Below, one piece after another: positions 10,574-20,821 of a DNA stretch of 59,796 bases; the stretch's first letter is position 1, and each line of letters begins with the position of its first letter. The position numbers and the translations under genes are program-made. The stretch comes from Fidelibacterota bacterium. GTDB taxonomy: Bacteria > Fidelibacterota > UBA2242. The stretch lies in NCBI GenBank assembly GCA_016782645.1, contig JADHYC010000005.1, positions 1-59,796 of the forward strand, given 5' to 3'. The notes under the pieces are model-generated. The model made no database searches and had not been told where the DNA came from. It saw nothing but the letters and a program-made list of their open reading frames with translations.

Positions 10574-10764
10574 TAATACCTTATCATTATTACGTTGTAT
10601 ACAACGAACAATATTACCCACTGTTTATTTGTGTTAGAAAACGCAGGCTGTAAGAATTTTATCAAATATGTTTTTACCACATACGGAGTTTCTGAAGAAG
10701 TTGATCGAGAACAGGAATAGCAAATCTAATAATAACATCAAATGTTGCAATATTAACGAGTTGT

Positions 10765-11721
10765 ATGTTCTACCCTTTTCCTAAAGAAGAAAGATATTAC
10801 CACTACAGCCGCTATCTTCGTGAGCGATTTAATTCGCGAGTGTATAAGATCTCTTTAGATGCGGGTTTTACTTGCCCGACTCGTGACGGTACTATTGGTT
10901 ATGGCGGATGCCTGTACTGTAACAATGACAGCTTTACACCGCAACGTAGGGCACCTATTTCACCTATTTCTAAGCAAATAGTTGAAGGTATTGAGACACT
11001 TAAAAAATATCGGAAAGCAAAAAAGTTTCTGGCTTATTTCCAAGCTTTTACAAATACCTACGCTCCCGTATACGAATTAGAAAAATTATACAAGCAGGCT
11101 CTGTCTTTTCCGGATATAGTGGGTTTGTGTATCGGAACCCGCCCTGACTGTGTTAATGATGAAATATTTGAATTACTGCAGGATTTAAATAAAAAATCTT
11201 ATGTATCAATAGAATTCGGGATAGAATCAGTTTACGATAAAACGCTGAAGTGGATTAAGAGAGGACACGATTTTTCTAAAACAAAGTGGGCAGTTAAAAA
11301 AGCCAAGGAGTATAGATTACATACTTCCGTCCACCTGATTTTTGGATTTCCAACGGAATCAGCAGAGGAAATACTTGACTCTGCAGAAATCATTAATAAC
11401 CTTGGAATAAATGCGATAAAAATCCATCATCTTCACATCGTAAAGAACACTCAATTGGCAAAACTATATAAAGAAAAACCGTTTTATGTTTTTGGTGAAT
11501 CAGAATGGATTGCACTCGTTTGTGACTTTCTGGAGCGATTATATCCCAATATTAGTATTCAACGTCTTTGTGGCGAAGCAAAGCAGGGAACTCTAATAGC
11601 ACCTTTGTGGAAGTTGAATAAAAGTGAGGTTATTCAGAGAATACGAAGGGAATTCGAGAAGCGCGGGAGTTATCAGGGCTATAAAGGGACTGAAATTTAT
11701 AAGGGGAATAATGCGCTGTGA
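10765..11721 (+). CDS. Radical SAM protein, TIGR01212/YhcC family
   Basis: DAGFTCPTRDG..GGCLYCN, YFQAFTNTY, IGTRPDC. Confidence 0.92.
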   Translation: MFYPFPKEERYYHYSRYLRERFNSRVYKISLDAGFTCPTRDGTIGYGGCLYCNNDSFTPQRRAPISPISKQIVEGIETLKKYRKAKKFLAYFQAFTNTYAPVYELEKLYKQALSFPDIVGLCIGTRPDCVNDEIFELLQDLNKKSYVSIEFGIESVYDKTLKWIKRGHDFSKTKWAVKKAKEYRLHTSVHLIFGFPTESAEEILDSAEIINNLGINAIKIHHLHIVKNTQLAKLYKEKPFYVFGESEWIALVCDFLERLYPNISIQRLCGEAKQGTLIAPLWKLNKSEVIQRIRREFEKRGSYQGYKGTEIYKGNNAL

Positions 11722-12570
11722 TGAAAGCCGGGAAATACACAGTTTACGTTTTAGAGACAGGAAGATTTGCACTTGATGATGGCGCTGTGTTTGGAATAAT
11801 TCCGAAAGCTCTCTGGAGCCAACGTGTAACTACTGATGAGAAAAACCGGACATCTATGACCTTGCGCTCAATACTTATCGTTGGTTCCGGATATCAAATT
11901 TTAGTCGATACCGGTCACGGAGAGGGCTACTCTGATAAAATTCGTAAAATTTATCGCATGGACAACGGATCGGTGAATTTAAAAAATTCACTGGCAGCTT
12001 TGGAATTTACCTTTGATGATATAACTGATTTGATATTCACTAATTTGCATTTCGACCATACCAACGGAGCCATAAATCAGAGCAAAAAGTTACCATTATT
12101 TTTCTAATGCTACTTATTATGTCCAGAGACGCAATTTCGAATGAGCGATGTCACCGTCGGAATTAGACCGCACCGGTTATAATCGGAATAATTTTCTGCC
12201 GTTAAAAGAAACGGGTTTATTGCAACTATTTGATGGTGAGACAACGCTTTTTCTGGGGAATGAAATTCTAACCTCGGATGGTCATACTCCCGGGCAGCAG
12301 CATATTTTGATTCGGGATAATGAGCGACCGCTATTTTTCTGTGCCGATCTTTTCCCGACTTTCAGTCATATAGGGATTACCTGGATCAGTACTTTTAATT
12401 TGTATCCGCTGAAACTTATTGAAGAGAAGAAAAAAATCCTGCAGAGAGCTGCCTCCGGGAACTAGCTGATTATTTTTCACCATGACCCTTGCATTATATT
12501 TGGAAGTGTTGGAAAAAAGGATAAAAATGTTAAAATTAACTATATAGTGAATAAAGAATTTGTAAAATAA
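11718..12570 (+). pseudogene. Degraded MBL-fold hydrolase (YtnP-like)
   Basis: Frameshift near 12070-12105; stops at 12142 (FE*AM) and 12463 (GN*LIIFHHDP) where Trp is expected; eroded motifs TNLHFDHTNG and LDDGAVFG; reading frame continues to TAA at 12570. Confidence 0.85.
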
Positions 12571-12618
12571 AAAAATTGGGAATAACGGCGAAAAGTAGGT
12601 AAAGTAATTATCATTAGG

Positions 12619-13827
12619 GTGAATAATATGAACAGTCAAAAGATACGATTGTTATTAATTGAAAAGGATACTAAAAGCCAGCAAGCTTTTAAAGAATTCT
12701 TTAAGAATAATGAACTTTTATATGATTACACAATTGCTAATGGTTTTGACGAAGCGGAAAGTAGTTACGATCTCCATAGATTTGATGTCATTATTTCCGA
12801 TTTTAGTTCCGGGGACAAGAGCGCTTCTAATATTCTGCAATTAGCAAAAGATATTCCAGTAATCGTTACTGTTACTCCCGCTGACGAAAAAATCCTCTTT
12901 GAAGCTCTCAATACGGGTGTCTGTGATTATCTGATAAAAGATACCGATTATTACTGCTTAAAATTCCTACCCTGGGTTATCCAAAAAGTTCTCAGACATA
13001 AAAAATTAGAAGAGTCTCATCGTCGGACCGAGTTAGAATTGCGAGAGCAGGAAAAGAAATATCGCACCATATTTGAGCAATCCAGAGATGCAATCTATTT
13101 GACTACTATTAATGGAGAATTTATTGAGTTCAACAATTCAATGTTAAAGCTGCTTGGCTACACTCGCAAAGAGCTAAGCAATTTAAATGCAAAAGAACTT
13201 TATTATAAGGAAGAATACAGGGACAAATTTCGGCATGATATCGAAAAAAAGGACTCCGTAGTCGATTATGAATTACAATTGCGTAAAAAGGATGGTACAG
13301 TAATACATTGCCTGCTTACTACTTCTATAATGTATTCCAAAGAGGGCAAAATGATCGGATATCAGGGCAGCATCAGAGATATTTCCGAGATGAAAAAGGC
13401 TGAACTAAAGATGAACGAACTCTGTGAGCAATTAAAATCTGCTAATATAGCACTATCCCTCGGTTATGCTGCGGAAAAGGATAGAAAAGACGCACTAAAA
13501 ACAGTATTATACCAGGAGGAAATAGGATTGCTAATTGATGCAGATGGGAATATTCTGGGAATAACCGAAAAAGTGCGTAAAATCTCCAATTTATCCAGAA
13601 TAGAATTGCTGCGCTCCAGTTTTTATGATTTAATGGAGCAGGAATCGAGAGCAGGCATAAAAACAGAAATACAGCGAGCGTTAATAGGCAGCTCTTTTCA
13701 AACCACAGTTGTTATTAATACTCCCGATTCAGGCAAGAAGTCCTTTGAAATAAATTTAATGCGTATCAATATGGAGAAAGAAAAACGCATCTTGACATTG
13801 TTACGGGAAAAGAAAAAGATTAGTTGA
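12619..13827 (+). CDS. Receiver + PAS/PAC + PAS signalling protein with no evident kinase or output domain
   Basis: N-terminal REC-like (FDVIISD, DYLIK), PAS with PAC (RKKDG...GSIRDISE), second PAS-like region at the C-terminus. Confidence 0.8.
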   Translation: MNNMNSQKIRLLLIEKDTKSQQAFKEFFKNNELLYDYTIANGFDEAESSYDLHRFDVIISDFSSGDKSASNILQLAKDIPVIVTVTPADEKILFEALNTGVCDYLIKDTDYYCLKFLPWVIQKVLRHKKLEESHRRTELELREQEKKYRTIFEQSRDAIYLTTINGEFIEFNNSMLKLLGYTRKELSNLNAKELYYKEEYRDKFRHDIEKKDSVVDYELQLRKKDGTVIHCLLTTSIMYSKEGKMIGYQGSIRDISEMKKAELKMNELCEQLKSANIALSLGYAAEKDRKDALKTVLYQEEIGLLIDADGNILGITEKVRKISNLSRIELLRSSFYDLMEQESRAGIKTEIQRALIGSSFQTTVVINTPDSGKKSFEINLMRINMEKEKRILTLLREKKKIS

Positions 13828-14026
13828 TCTCTTTTGTGAGAATGCTTCAAATACATGGCAGGTGGATAAACTATTTGAGTTCTTTAAATCGTGATGGGAA
13901 TTGTGTAAATTTTGTTGAAAAAGTCTTGATTGAAGATTGAGAATGATTGAAATTAGTTATGTAGAAATAATGCTATTGAGTAAGTAACTCTAAGGTATAT
14001 CTCCTAGAAAAAATATTTTCTCATAA

Positions 14027-14728
14027 TCATTTAAATATTTTACATCCCCTTACCCCAAATATCGCTGTTCCTATTCTCACCATATTAGCGCCTTCTTCTA
14101 TAGCAACTTTATATGAATTTGTCATTCCCATTGAAAGTGTTTTCATCTCGATTCTTGGCAAATTAAGTCCTCTGATCTTTTCGAAAAATCCTCTCACCTC
14201 TCGGAAATAGGGTCTACTTTGTTCAGGGTTTCCTGCAATTGGTCCGAGCGTCATTAGCCCTTCCAATCTTAGATGTTCAAGTTCTGAAATGCTTTTAGCC
14301 AGTTTCTCTATGATTTTGTAATCTGGCTTAATGCCTGATTTTGAAATTTCGCTACCTATATTTATTTCAATATAAACCGGAATCACTTTTTTATCAGTAT
14401 GCTCAACTCTTTTATCAATAGCTTGTGCCATTTCTAAAGAGTCTATGGTTTGAATAACATCGAAAATTTTTAGTGCTTTATTTATTTTGTTTGTTTGCAG
14501 GTGACCTATCATATGCCACCTGACTTTTTCTCTTTCCTTGGACAGAGTATTGTAGATTTTTTCCCCTTCCTGAACATAATTTTCACCAATATCAGTAGCA
14601 CCTGCTTTTATAACTTCTGTTATTTCGTTCGGGGTTCTCTGTTTTGCTGCTACAACAATTGTTACGTGTTCAGGGATTGTTTCTCTAATTTTTTGATAAT
14701 TCTCTGTTATTGACATTTTTTGTCCCAT
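14027..14728 (-). CDS. yggS: YggS-family PLP homeostasis protein
   Basis: IGENYVQE, WHMIGHLQTNK, LSMGMT, VRIGTAIFG. Confidence 0.93.
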   Translation of the reverse strand: MGQKMSITENYQKIRETIPEHVTIVVAAKQRTPNEITEVIKAGATDIGENYVQEGEKIYNTLSKEREKVRWHMIGHLQTNKINKALKIFDVIQTIDSLEMAQAIDKRVEHTDKKVIPVYIEINIGSEISKSGIKPDYKIIEKLAKSISELEHLRLEGLMTLGPIAGNPEQSRPYFREVRGFFEKIRGLNLPRIEMKTLSMGMTNSYKVAIEEGANMVRIGTAIFGVRGCKIFK

Positions 14729-14740
14729 TCTACAGTTAAT

Positions 14741-15673
14741 TCATATTTTATAGAATTTTCTTCCCAAGTTCCAATAGTGGTTTGTATTTACCTTACCTTC
14801 AGCATAGGATTCATGCCATCTTTCAAGAACAGGCATTTTTTCGTATAAGCTTTTACGTTGTGCTTCAAGAAGTAATCTTGGTTTTTTCATAAAATCAGCA
14901 GCACATACGATATTGGTTTTTGTTTTATTTGCTAATTTATCGAGCCAGTTAAGCCCGCTGTAATTTCTCAATAAGTGATGGTCGAGAATTAATGTATCGA
15001 CTTTTTGTGAGAGTTTTATAGCTCTGTTCCATGCTGTTTCAACCGGTTCTTCACTAAGTCGAGATAGATAAATAGGAGGTCCGCTAGTTAGCACAATATA
15101 AGGGTGCCATGATAATATTTGAGAGATGGATTCGTCATTGAGGAGTTGAATATCTGAAGCGTGCACAAATACGTAATCTTCTTCAATCCTGGTCATCATA
15201 ACTGTATCTAAATTGTTGTTTGCTTCTCCATGAGGTACTGGTATGGAAAAGCTCATGACACCGGATTCTTTTCCTTCTGCTGCAATCAGGTCTTTGTTCA
15301 AAGTAAATGAAATGCAAATTGCTCTTCTGTCTTCGGTTTTGGAGAGGCTATAAGACTTAACCCATATTTTGATTTCTGAGTTCAATCCAGGTACTTTTTC
15401 AATATTTAATTGATAAGGATTTGCGTCAGTTAGAGGTACATGATCACCATGAAAATGGCTGAACACTATATCCGTAGCCTCAGACCATCTTTTTATGATC
15501 TTTTTTTGTATTCTTTCGTCTACTGCAACTTGAAAGGGATGGGGAAGCAACTTATTTCTTTTGTAGCCTAAAGCTATGCCGGGATCGATTAAAATTTTCC
15601 GATTTTTCATTTTTACAAAACAGCAAAGACCTCGTACGCCTAAAGACTCAGTACCTAAAATCTCAATTTCCAT
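14741..15673 (-). CDS. MBL-fold protein, UPF0282-like (family mainly archaeal)
   Basis: ESLGVRG, IDPGIALG, SHFHGDH, HASDIQ, DHHLLR. Confidence 0.75.
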   Translation of the reverse strand: MEIEILGTESLGVRGLCCFVKMKNRKILIDPGIALGYKRNKLLPHPFQVAVDERIQKKIIKRWSEATDIVFSHFHGDHVPLTDANPYQLNIEKVPGLNSEIKIWVKSYSLSKTEDRRAICISFTLNKDLIAAEGKESGVMSFSIPVPHGEANNNLDTVMMTRIEEDYVFVHASDIQLLNDESISQILSWHPYIVLTSGPPIYLSRLSEEPVETAWNRAIKLSQKVDTLILDHHLLRNYSGLNWLDKLANKTKTNIVCAADFMKKPRLLLEAQRKSLYEKMPVLERWHESYAEGKVNTNHYWNLGRKFYKI

Positions 15674-15763
15674 GACGAAATTTACAGTAAAAATCTGTGA
15701 ATCATAAAAATATTAATGGTTTAATTGCAAGACTGTTTTTTCTTAGCCAAACACTTTGAGTTA

Positions 15764-15913
15764 CTAAGGAGAGCATATAATGGGTTACATCATCTTGAAT
15801 AATGAACAAGCCATTCTAAAGGATTTTAATGGATTACATCATAGACAGTAAAAATAGGATAAAACTAAAGATAAATTCGATGCAAAATGTAACCAATAAA
15901 CAGTACCCATTAG
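15764..15913. mobile_element. MITE-like element (family B), copy 1, with TA target duplication
   Basis: Ends CTAAGGAGAGC...GTACCCATTAG flanked by TA on both sides; highly similar to 34094-34365. Confidence 0.7.
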
Positions 15914-15992
15914 TAAGTCCTTTACATCATAAATGAATTTCGATTAAAAAGCCGCTTATTAGGGCTTGACTTAAGGTATTGACTAATCTGCT

Positions 15993-16106
15993 AAACTTAA
16001 GTCAAGTTCGCTTCAGTGATTTTACTCAAATTTCGATTGATTCATCTTGGTGAAGCCTCCATGTGATACAGAGATTTACATCAGAGAGCGAACTTAACTC
16101 AAGTTT
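15993..16106. repeat. Family A inverted-repeat element
   Basis: AAACTTAAGTCAAGTTCGCT ... AGCGAACTTAACTCAAGTTT; a second family A element lies just upstream (~15753-15977) and is interrupted by the MITE. Confidence 0.7.
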
Positions 16107-16243
16107 TTATCCATTGTAACTGAGATACTACTTTTAGTGTTTTATTCCTTTTCTCTAATAAAGAGGCTAAATTTCGAACGTTTTCTGCCATTGTAGGAAT
16201 TTTTCTATTAACCAGAATTTTTTGCAATTGAAAAGAGACTATA

Positions 16244-17044
16244 TTGATTGACCAAGAAACGCTGTCAGGATTTAAAAAGTGGTTCGCTGATTATGTGGAA
16301 ACGTTCCGATCAGATGATCCCGATTACCAGTTGAACATCGATTTGAAAGAGAAACATACTCGGATAGTGTGCGAGGGAATTATTGATGTTGGAAGAAATC
16401 TTGCTTTAAGTGATAGCAATCTTCGATTGGCAGAAGTAACCGCACTTTTTCATGATGTAGGCAGATTTAAACAATATGCCCGATACGGTTCGTTTTTAGA
16501 TATGAAAACTGAAAATCATGCTCTGCTTGGTATCAGGATTCTCCGAACAAATCATGTTTTGGATGATATAGATGAAGAAACGAGGGAATTAATTTTCTAT
16601 ACAATTTCTAATCATAATCGTGCATGTTTACCCGATAATGAATCGGAAAGGTTTTTATTTTTCACAAAGTTACTTCGTGATGCTGACAAATTGGACATCT
16701 GGCGTGTTGTCACGAAGTATTACCAGAGCAATAATAGAAAGCGGAATTGTGCTCTTGAGCTAAATTTACCCGACACACCGGAAATTTCAGAGTGGGTTTA
16801 TAAGGATCTAATGAAAAGGAATATAGTAAAAGCTGAACACTTGAAAAATTTGAATGATTTTAAATTGCTTCAAATTGGGTGGGTTTATGATGTGAACTTT
16901 CCAAGGACTTTACAACTCGTTTGTGAAAGAAAATATATTGAGAAAATCTACAATGCGCTGCCTAAATCAGAGAAGGTGATTGAGATTTATAAGGCTGTTC
17001 AGGATTATTTGGAAAAGAAATGTGATTATGCAGAAATGAATTAA
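16244..17044 (+). CDS. HD-domain phosphohydrolase
   Basis: KEKHT..V, ALFHDVGRF, ENHA, LRDADKLD. Confidence 0.85.
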   Translation: MIDQETLSGFKKWFADYVETFRSDDPDYQLNIDLKEKHTRIVCEGIIDVGRNLALSDSNLRLAEVTALFHDVGRFKQYARYGSFLDMKTENHALLGIRILRTNHVLDDIDEETRELIFYTISNHNRACLPDNESERFLFFTKLLRDADKLDIWRVVTKYYQSNNRKRNCALELNLPDTPEISEWVYKDLMKRNIVKAEHLKNLNDFKLLQIGWVYDVNFPRTLQLVCERKYIEKIYNALPKSEKVIEIYKAVQDYLEKKCDYAEMN

Positions 17045-17092
17045 TGCAAGATAAAACTTTTAATTTTTATTATATTTGCCCTCAAGAGATGA

Positions 17093-17731
17093 TTGTTGAA
17101 TAATTCACTTAAAAAACGTGCGCAAGAAATTTTTTCTCGGCTAAAGGAAGTATATCTGGAAGCACAGTGCTCACTAAAATTTGTCAATCCGAGAGAGTTG
17201 CTTATTTCTACTATTCTTTCTGCCCAGTGTACAGATAAGCGTGTGAATCAGGTAACACCAGCTCTATTCGCAAAATATCCAACAGCAAAAGCGTTTGCAG
17301 AGGCATCAATTGAAGAATTAAAGGATGGTATACGTTCTACTGGATTTTATAACCACAAAGCAAAATCCATTAAGGAGGCGATGAAAGCTGTTGTCGAAAA
17401 GTTCGGTGGTGAAATTCCGAATAATATTGAAGATTTACTGAAGCTTGAAGGTGTTGGGCGGAAAACAGCAAATGTTGTGCTCGGTGATGCATTCGGAATT
17501 CCAGGGATCGTCGTAGATACGCATGTCAAGAGGCTGTCTGTTAGACTCGGATTGACAAAAAATGCAGATCCGGTAAAAATAGAGCATAACCTGATGGAAA
17601 TTTTACCGAAGAAAAACTGGACTCCTTTGGGACATCTTATGATATACCATGGACGATTAGTTTGTAATGCAAGAAAGCCAAAATGTTCTAAATGTTTCTT
17701 AAATGATATATGTCCGTCAGCAGAATTTTAA
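17093..17731 (+). CDS. nth: Endonuclease III
   Basis: LSAQCTD, GVGRKTANVV HhH motif, VDTHV, C-terminal 4Fe-4S Cys motif. Confidence 0.96.
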   Translation: MLNNSLKKRAQEIFSRLKEVYLEAQCSLKFVNPRELLISTILSAQCTDKRVNQVTPALFAKYPTAKAFAEASIEELKDGIRSTGFYNHKAKSIKEAMKAVVEKFGGEIPNNIEDLLKLEGVGRKTANVVLGDAFGIPGIVVDTHVKRLSVRLGLTKNADPVKIEHNLMEILPKKNWTPLGHLMIYHGRLVCNARKPKCSKCFLNDICPSAEF

Positions 17732-17784
17732 TGTAGTGGTACAATGCGTTACGATTTTACCACATATAAATTTTGAGGTTATCA

Positions 17785-18348
17785 ATGGAAACAGAGGAAT
17801 TAATTCGAGAGCTTTTAATGAATATTGGTGAAGATCCTGAACGTGCTGGTATTCAGAAAACACCGAGCCGTGTTGCGAGTATGTGGGAATATATTACACA
17901 GGGTTATAAAGTCGATGTTGAGGCATTACTGAAGGAATCAGTCTGTGATGACGAATACAATCAGATGATTTTAGTTAAAGATATTGACTATTATAGCATT
18001 TGTGAACATCATCTTGTCCCGTTTTTTGGGAAAGCGCATGTAGCCTATATCCCTGATGGAAAAATTATCGGGCTTAGTAAGATACCGCGGATCATTGATG
18101 CTTATGCCCGACGCTTACAAATTCAAGAGAGAATGACAAATCAAATAGCCGAATCGCTTGAAAGAGCTTTAAAACCCAAAGGTGTGGGGGTAGTGATAGA
18201 AGCTCGTCATCTATGTATGCATATGAGAGGCATTGAAAAACAAAATTCTGTAGTAACGACAAGTACGATGTTTGGTGAATTTCATTCAGAAGATCAGGCG
18301 AGGAATGAATTTTTACAACTTATTGGAATTTTAAATATACACCGCTGA
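17785..18348 (+). CDS. folE: GTP cyclohydrolase I
   Basis: [31 protein letters not shown]; ATG 17785 preceded by GAGGT. Confidence 0.96.
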   Translation: METEELIRELLMNIGEDPERAGIQKTPSRVASMWEYITQGYKVDVEALLKESVCDDEYNQMILVKDIDYYSICEHHLVPFFGKAHVAYIPDGKIIGLSKIPRIIDAYARRLQIQERMTNQIAESLERALKPKGVGVVIEARHLCMHMRGIEKQNSVVTTSTMFGEFHSEDQARNEFLQLIGILNIHR

Positions 18349-18484
18349 GGTCGCAGAGAACGCCGAGTAGTACGCTAAGTTTAAGAAAAAAACAGTATTA
18401 AGGACTTTCTTTTCTGAAATTATAGAAATGAATAAAAAACAAAATTGTAAAAATACTCTCTGCGCTCTTTGCGTACTCTGCGGT
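18341..18484. repeat. Inverted arms of three 9-mers (empty GxxExxY-type cassette footprint)
   Basis: ACCGCTGAGGTCGCAGAGAACGCCGAG (18341-18367) versus CTCTGCGCTCTTTGCGTACTCTGCGGT (18458-18484). Confidence 0.6.
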
Positions 18485-18498
18485 TAAATGAGTTTATC

Positions 18499-19344
18499 AT
18501 GCCATTAATTGGATGTCATGTATCAATTGCAAGTGGAGTTGAAAATGCACCTGTTCATGGTGGGGAATTAGGCTGTGATGCGATACAGATATTTACTGCA
18601 AACCAGATGCAGTGGAGAGGGAATCCGATTTCAGATGAGAGCAGAAGCAAATACATAGAAAGGCTAAAAGCCAACGAAATAAAACAGGTTGTCACTCATG
18701 ATTCATATCTCATCAATTTAGGCGGTCCTGATCCCAGAAAATTGACATTGTCCCGAAAAGCCTTTATTGAAGAGATGGAACGTTCCGAATTACTGCAAAT
18801 ACCCTATATCATTTTTCACCCCGGTTCGCATATGGGAAAAGGAGATGACTATGCACTTAAAACGATTGCCGAAAGTCTGGATTACGCAATAGAGTCCAGG
18901 GCGAATTGTAAATCCATTTTGCTTCTGGAAAATACTGCTGGGCAGGGATCGAATGTTGGGTATAAATTTGAGCAGCTAAGAAGCATAATTGATCAATGCA
19001 GTTACCCGGACCGACTTGGAGTCTGTTTTGATACCTGCCATGGCTACGCTGCCGGTTATGATTTGGTAACGGAAGATGCTTATAATAAAACCTTCAAGGA
19101 ATTCAATGATGTAGTTGGTCTTGATCGTCTCTATGTATTTCACTTGAACGATTCTAAAAAACCGCTTGGATTAAAAATTGATAGGCATGCATGCCTTGGA
19201 GAGGGTTTTATTGGTTGGGAGTTGTTCTATCGGCTTATAAATGATGATCGTTTCGAGGAACTTTCGATGATCCTGGAAACGCCTGGGGGAGATGAAAATT
19301 TTTCAAAAGAGATTGAGGCATTAAAAAAGTCAATAAAAGAGTAA
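18499..19344 (+). CDS. nfo: Endonuclease IV
   Basis: GCHVS, HDSYLINL, FHPGSH, ENTAGQG, CFDTCH, HLNDSK, DRH, ILETP. Confidence 0.96.
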   Translation: MPLIGCHVSIASGVENAPVHGGELGCDAIQIFTANQMQWRGNPISDESRSKYIERLKANEIKQVVTHDSYLINLGGPDPRKLTLSRKAFIEEMERSELLQIPYIIFHPGSHMGKGDDYALKTIAESLDYAIESRANCKSILLLENTAGQGSNVGYKFEQLRSIIDQCSYPDRLGVCFDTCHGYAAGYDLVTEDAYNKTFKEFNDVVGLDRLYVFHLNDSKKPLGLKIDRHACLGEGFIGWELFYRLINDDRFEELSMILETPGGDENFSKEIEALKKSIKE

Positions 19345-19356
19345 GGTTGATCAATA

Positions 19357-20754
19357 ATGGGAAACAAATTTAATATTGCTGTAATAGGTAGTGGACCTGG
19401 CGGGTATGTCGCTGCGATCAGAGCAGCTCAACTTGGATTGAAAGTTGCCTGTATTGAAAAGTCCGAAATTGGTGGAATCTGCTTGAATTGGGGATGTATT
19501 CCAACAAAATCACTGATAAAGAGTGCTGAGGTCTGGAGAAATGTACAGTCTCTGGATAGATTCGGTATAAGCTGTGAAAATCCGCAGTTGGATTTTCCTA
19601 AAGTTATCCAGAGAAGTCGTAAGATTGCCGAGCGACTTTCTAAAGGAGTTGAATTTTTATTTAAGAAAAACCAAATAACGGTTTTTAATGGTTTTGGTTA
19701 TTTCAGGGATAAAAATATTATTGATGTATTAAATTCTGATGGTACTGTGTCGTCAGAAATTGTTGCTAATTCGATCATTATAGCAACAGGAGCGAGAACA
19801 CGCTCTATCCCGGGTATTGAAATTGATGGGCAACGAATAATAAGCAGTCACGAAGCTATGATTTTGCCGGAAGTGCCGAATTCTATTGTTATTATTGGTG
19901 CGGGGGCAATAGGCGTTGAGTTTGCTTACATTTTCCAGTCGTTTGGTTCAGAAGTCAATATCATTGAAATGCTACCCCAACTTTTACCTATTGAAGATGA
20001 GGATATTTCGAGAGAACTCACGAGATATTTCAAGAAGCAAAGAATTGGAATATTTACTGATACAAAAGTTGAAAACATTGTTATAAAAGAAAGTTCTGTT
20101 GAAGTTCTTATAAACAAAAATGGCAGTAAAAGAATAATTTCGGCTGAATGCTCTTTAATAGCAATCGGCGTTCGAGGCAATATTGAAAATATTGGTCTGG
20201 AAAAAATCGGCGTTGAAACGGTAAACGGCTGGATAAAAGTTAATGATAATTATGAGACAAATGTCCTTGGAGTTTATGCTATTGGTGATGTGATTGGAAA
20301 TCCATGCCTTGCTCATGTTGCATCAGCCGAAGGAATACATGTAGTTGAAAAAATTGCAGGACATAATCCACAGCCGGTAAATTATAGAACAATTCCCGGA
20401 TGCACATACTGTCAACCTCAAGTTGCAAATGTAGGATTGACGGAAAAAAGAGCAGCTGAAGAAGGTTATGAATTAAAAATTGGCAAATTTCACTTCAGAG
20501 CAAATGGAAAAGGTCTCGCCTCCGGAGAAATCGACGGGTTTGTTAAAGTAATTTTTGATTCAAATACAAACCGGTTGATTGGAGCACATATTATAGGCAA
20601 TGAAGCTACAGAACTGATAACAGAATTGACGCTTGCTATTACTAATAAAATGACTTTTAATGAACTAAAAAATTCAATTCATGCACATCCAACGTTATCT
20701 GAAGCTGTTATGGAAGCAATTGAAGATGCGTATGGCAAGGCAATTCATAAATAA
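19357..20754 (+). CDS. lpdA: Dihydrolipoyl dehydrogenase
   Basis: GSGPGGY, GGICLNWGCIPTK, HAHPTLSE. Confidence 0.97.
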   Translation: MGNKFNIAVIGSGPGGYVAAIRAAQLGLKVACIEKSEIGGICLNWGCIPTKSLIKSAEVWRNVQSLDRFGISCENPQLDFPKVIQRSRKIAERLSKGVEFLFKKNQITVFNGFGYFRDKNIIDVLNSDGTVSSEIVANSIIIATGARTRSIPGIEIDGQRIISSHEAMILPEVPNSIVIIGAGAIGVEFAYIFQSFGSEVNIIEMLPQLLPIEDEDISRELTRYFKKQRIGIFTDTKVENIVIKESSVEVLINKNGSKRIISAECSLIAIGVRGNIENIGLEKIGVETVNGWIKVNDNYETNVLGVYAIGDVIGNPCLAHVASAEGIHVVEKIAGHNPQPVNYRTIPGCTYCQPQVANVGLTEKRAAEEGYELKIGKFHFRANGKGLASGEIDGFVKVIFDSNTNRLIGAHIIGNEATELITELTLAITNKMTFNELKNSIHAHPTLSEAVMEAIEDAYGKAIHK

Positions 20755-20821
20755 ATAGGATACCCTTGCGAAGGTTCTCCCAATGGAATACCTTTGGCAC
20801 AAACCTTTGCAATGTTTGAAC

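Noticed and set aside
20783-20821. ORF-track N-terminal extension of LipB (similarly LipA 21627-21698 and Nfo 18469-18498)
   Set aside because: These starts lie inside repeat elements or the GxxExxY remnant; family similarity begins at later starts.
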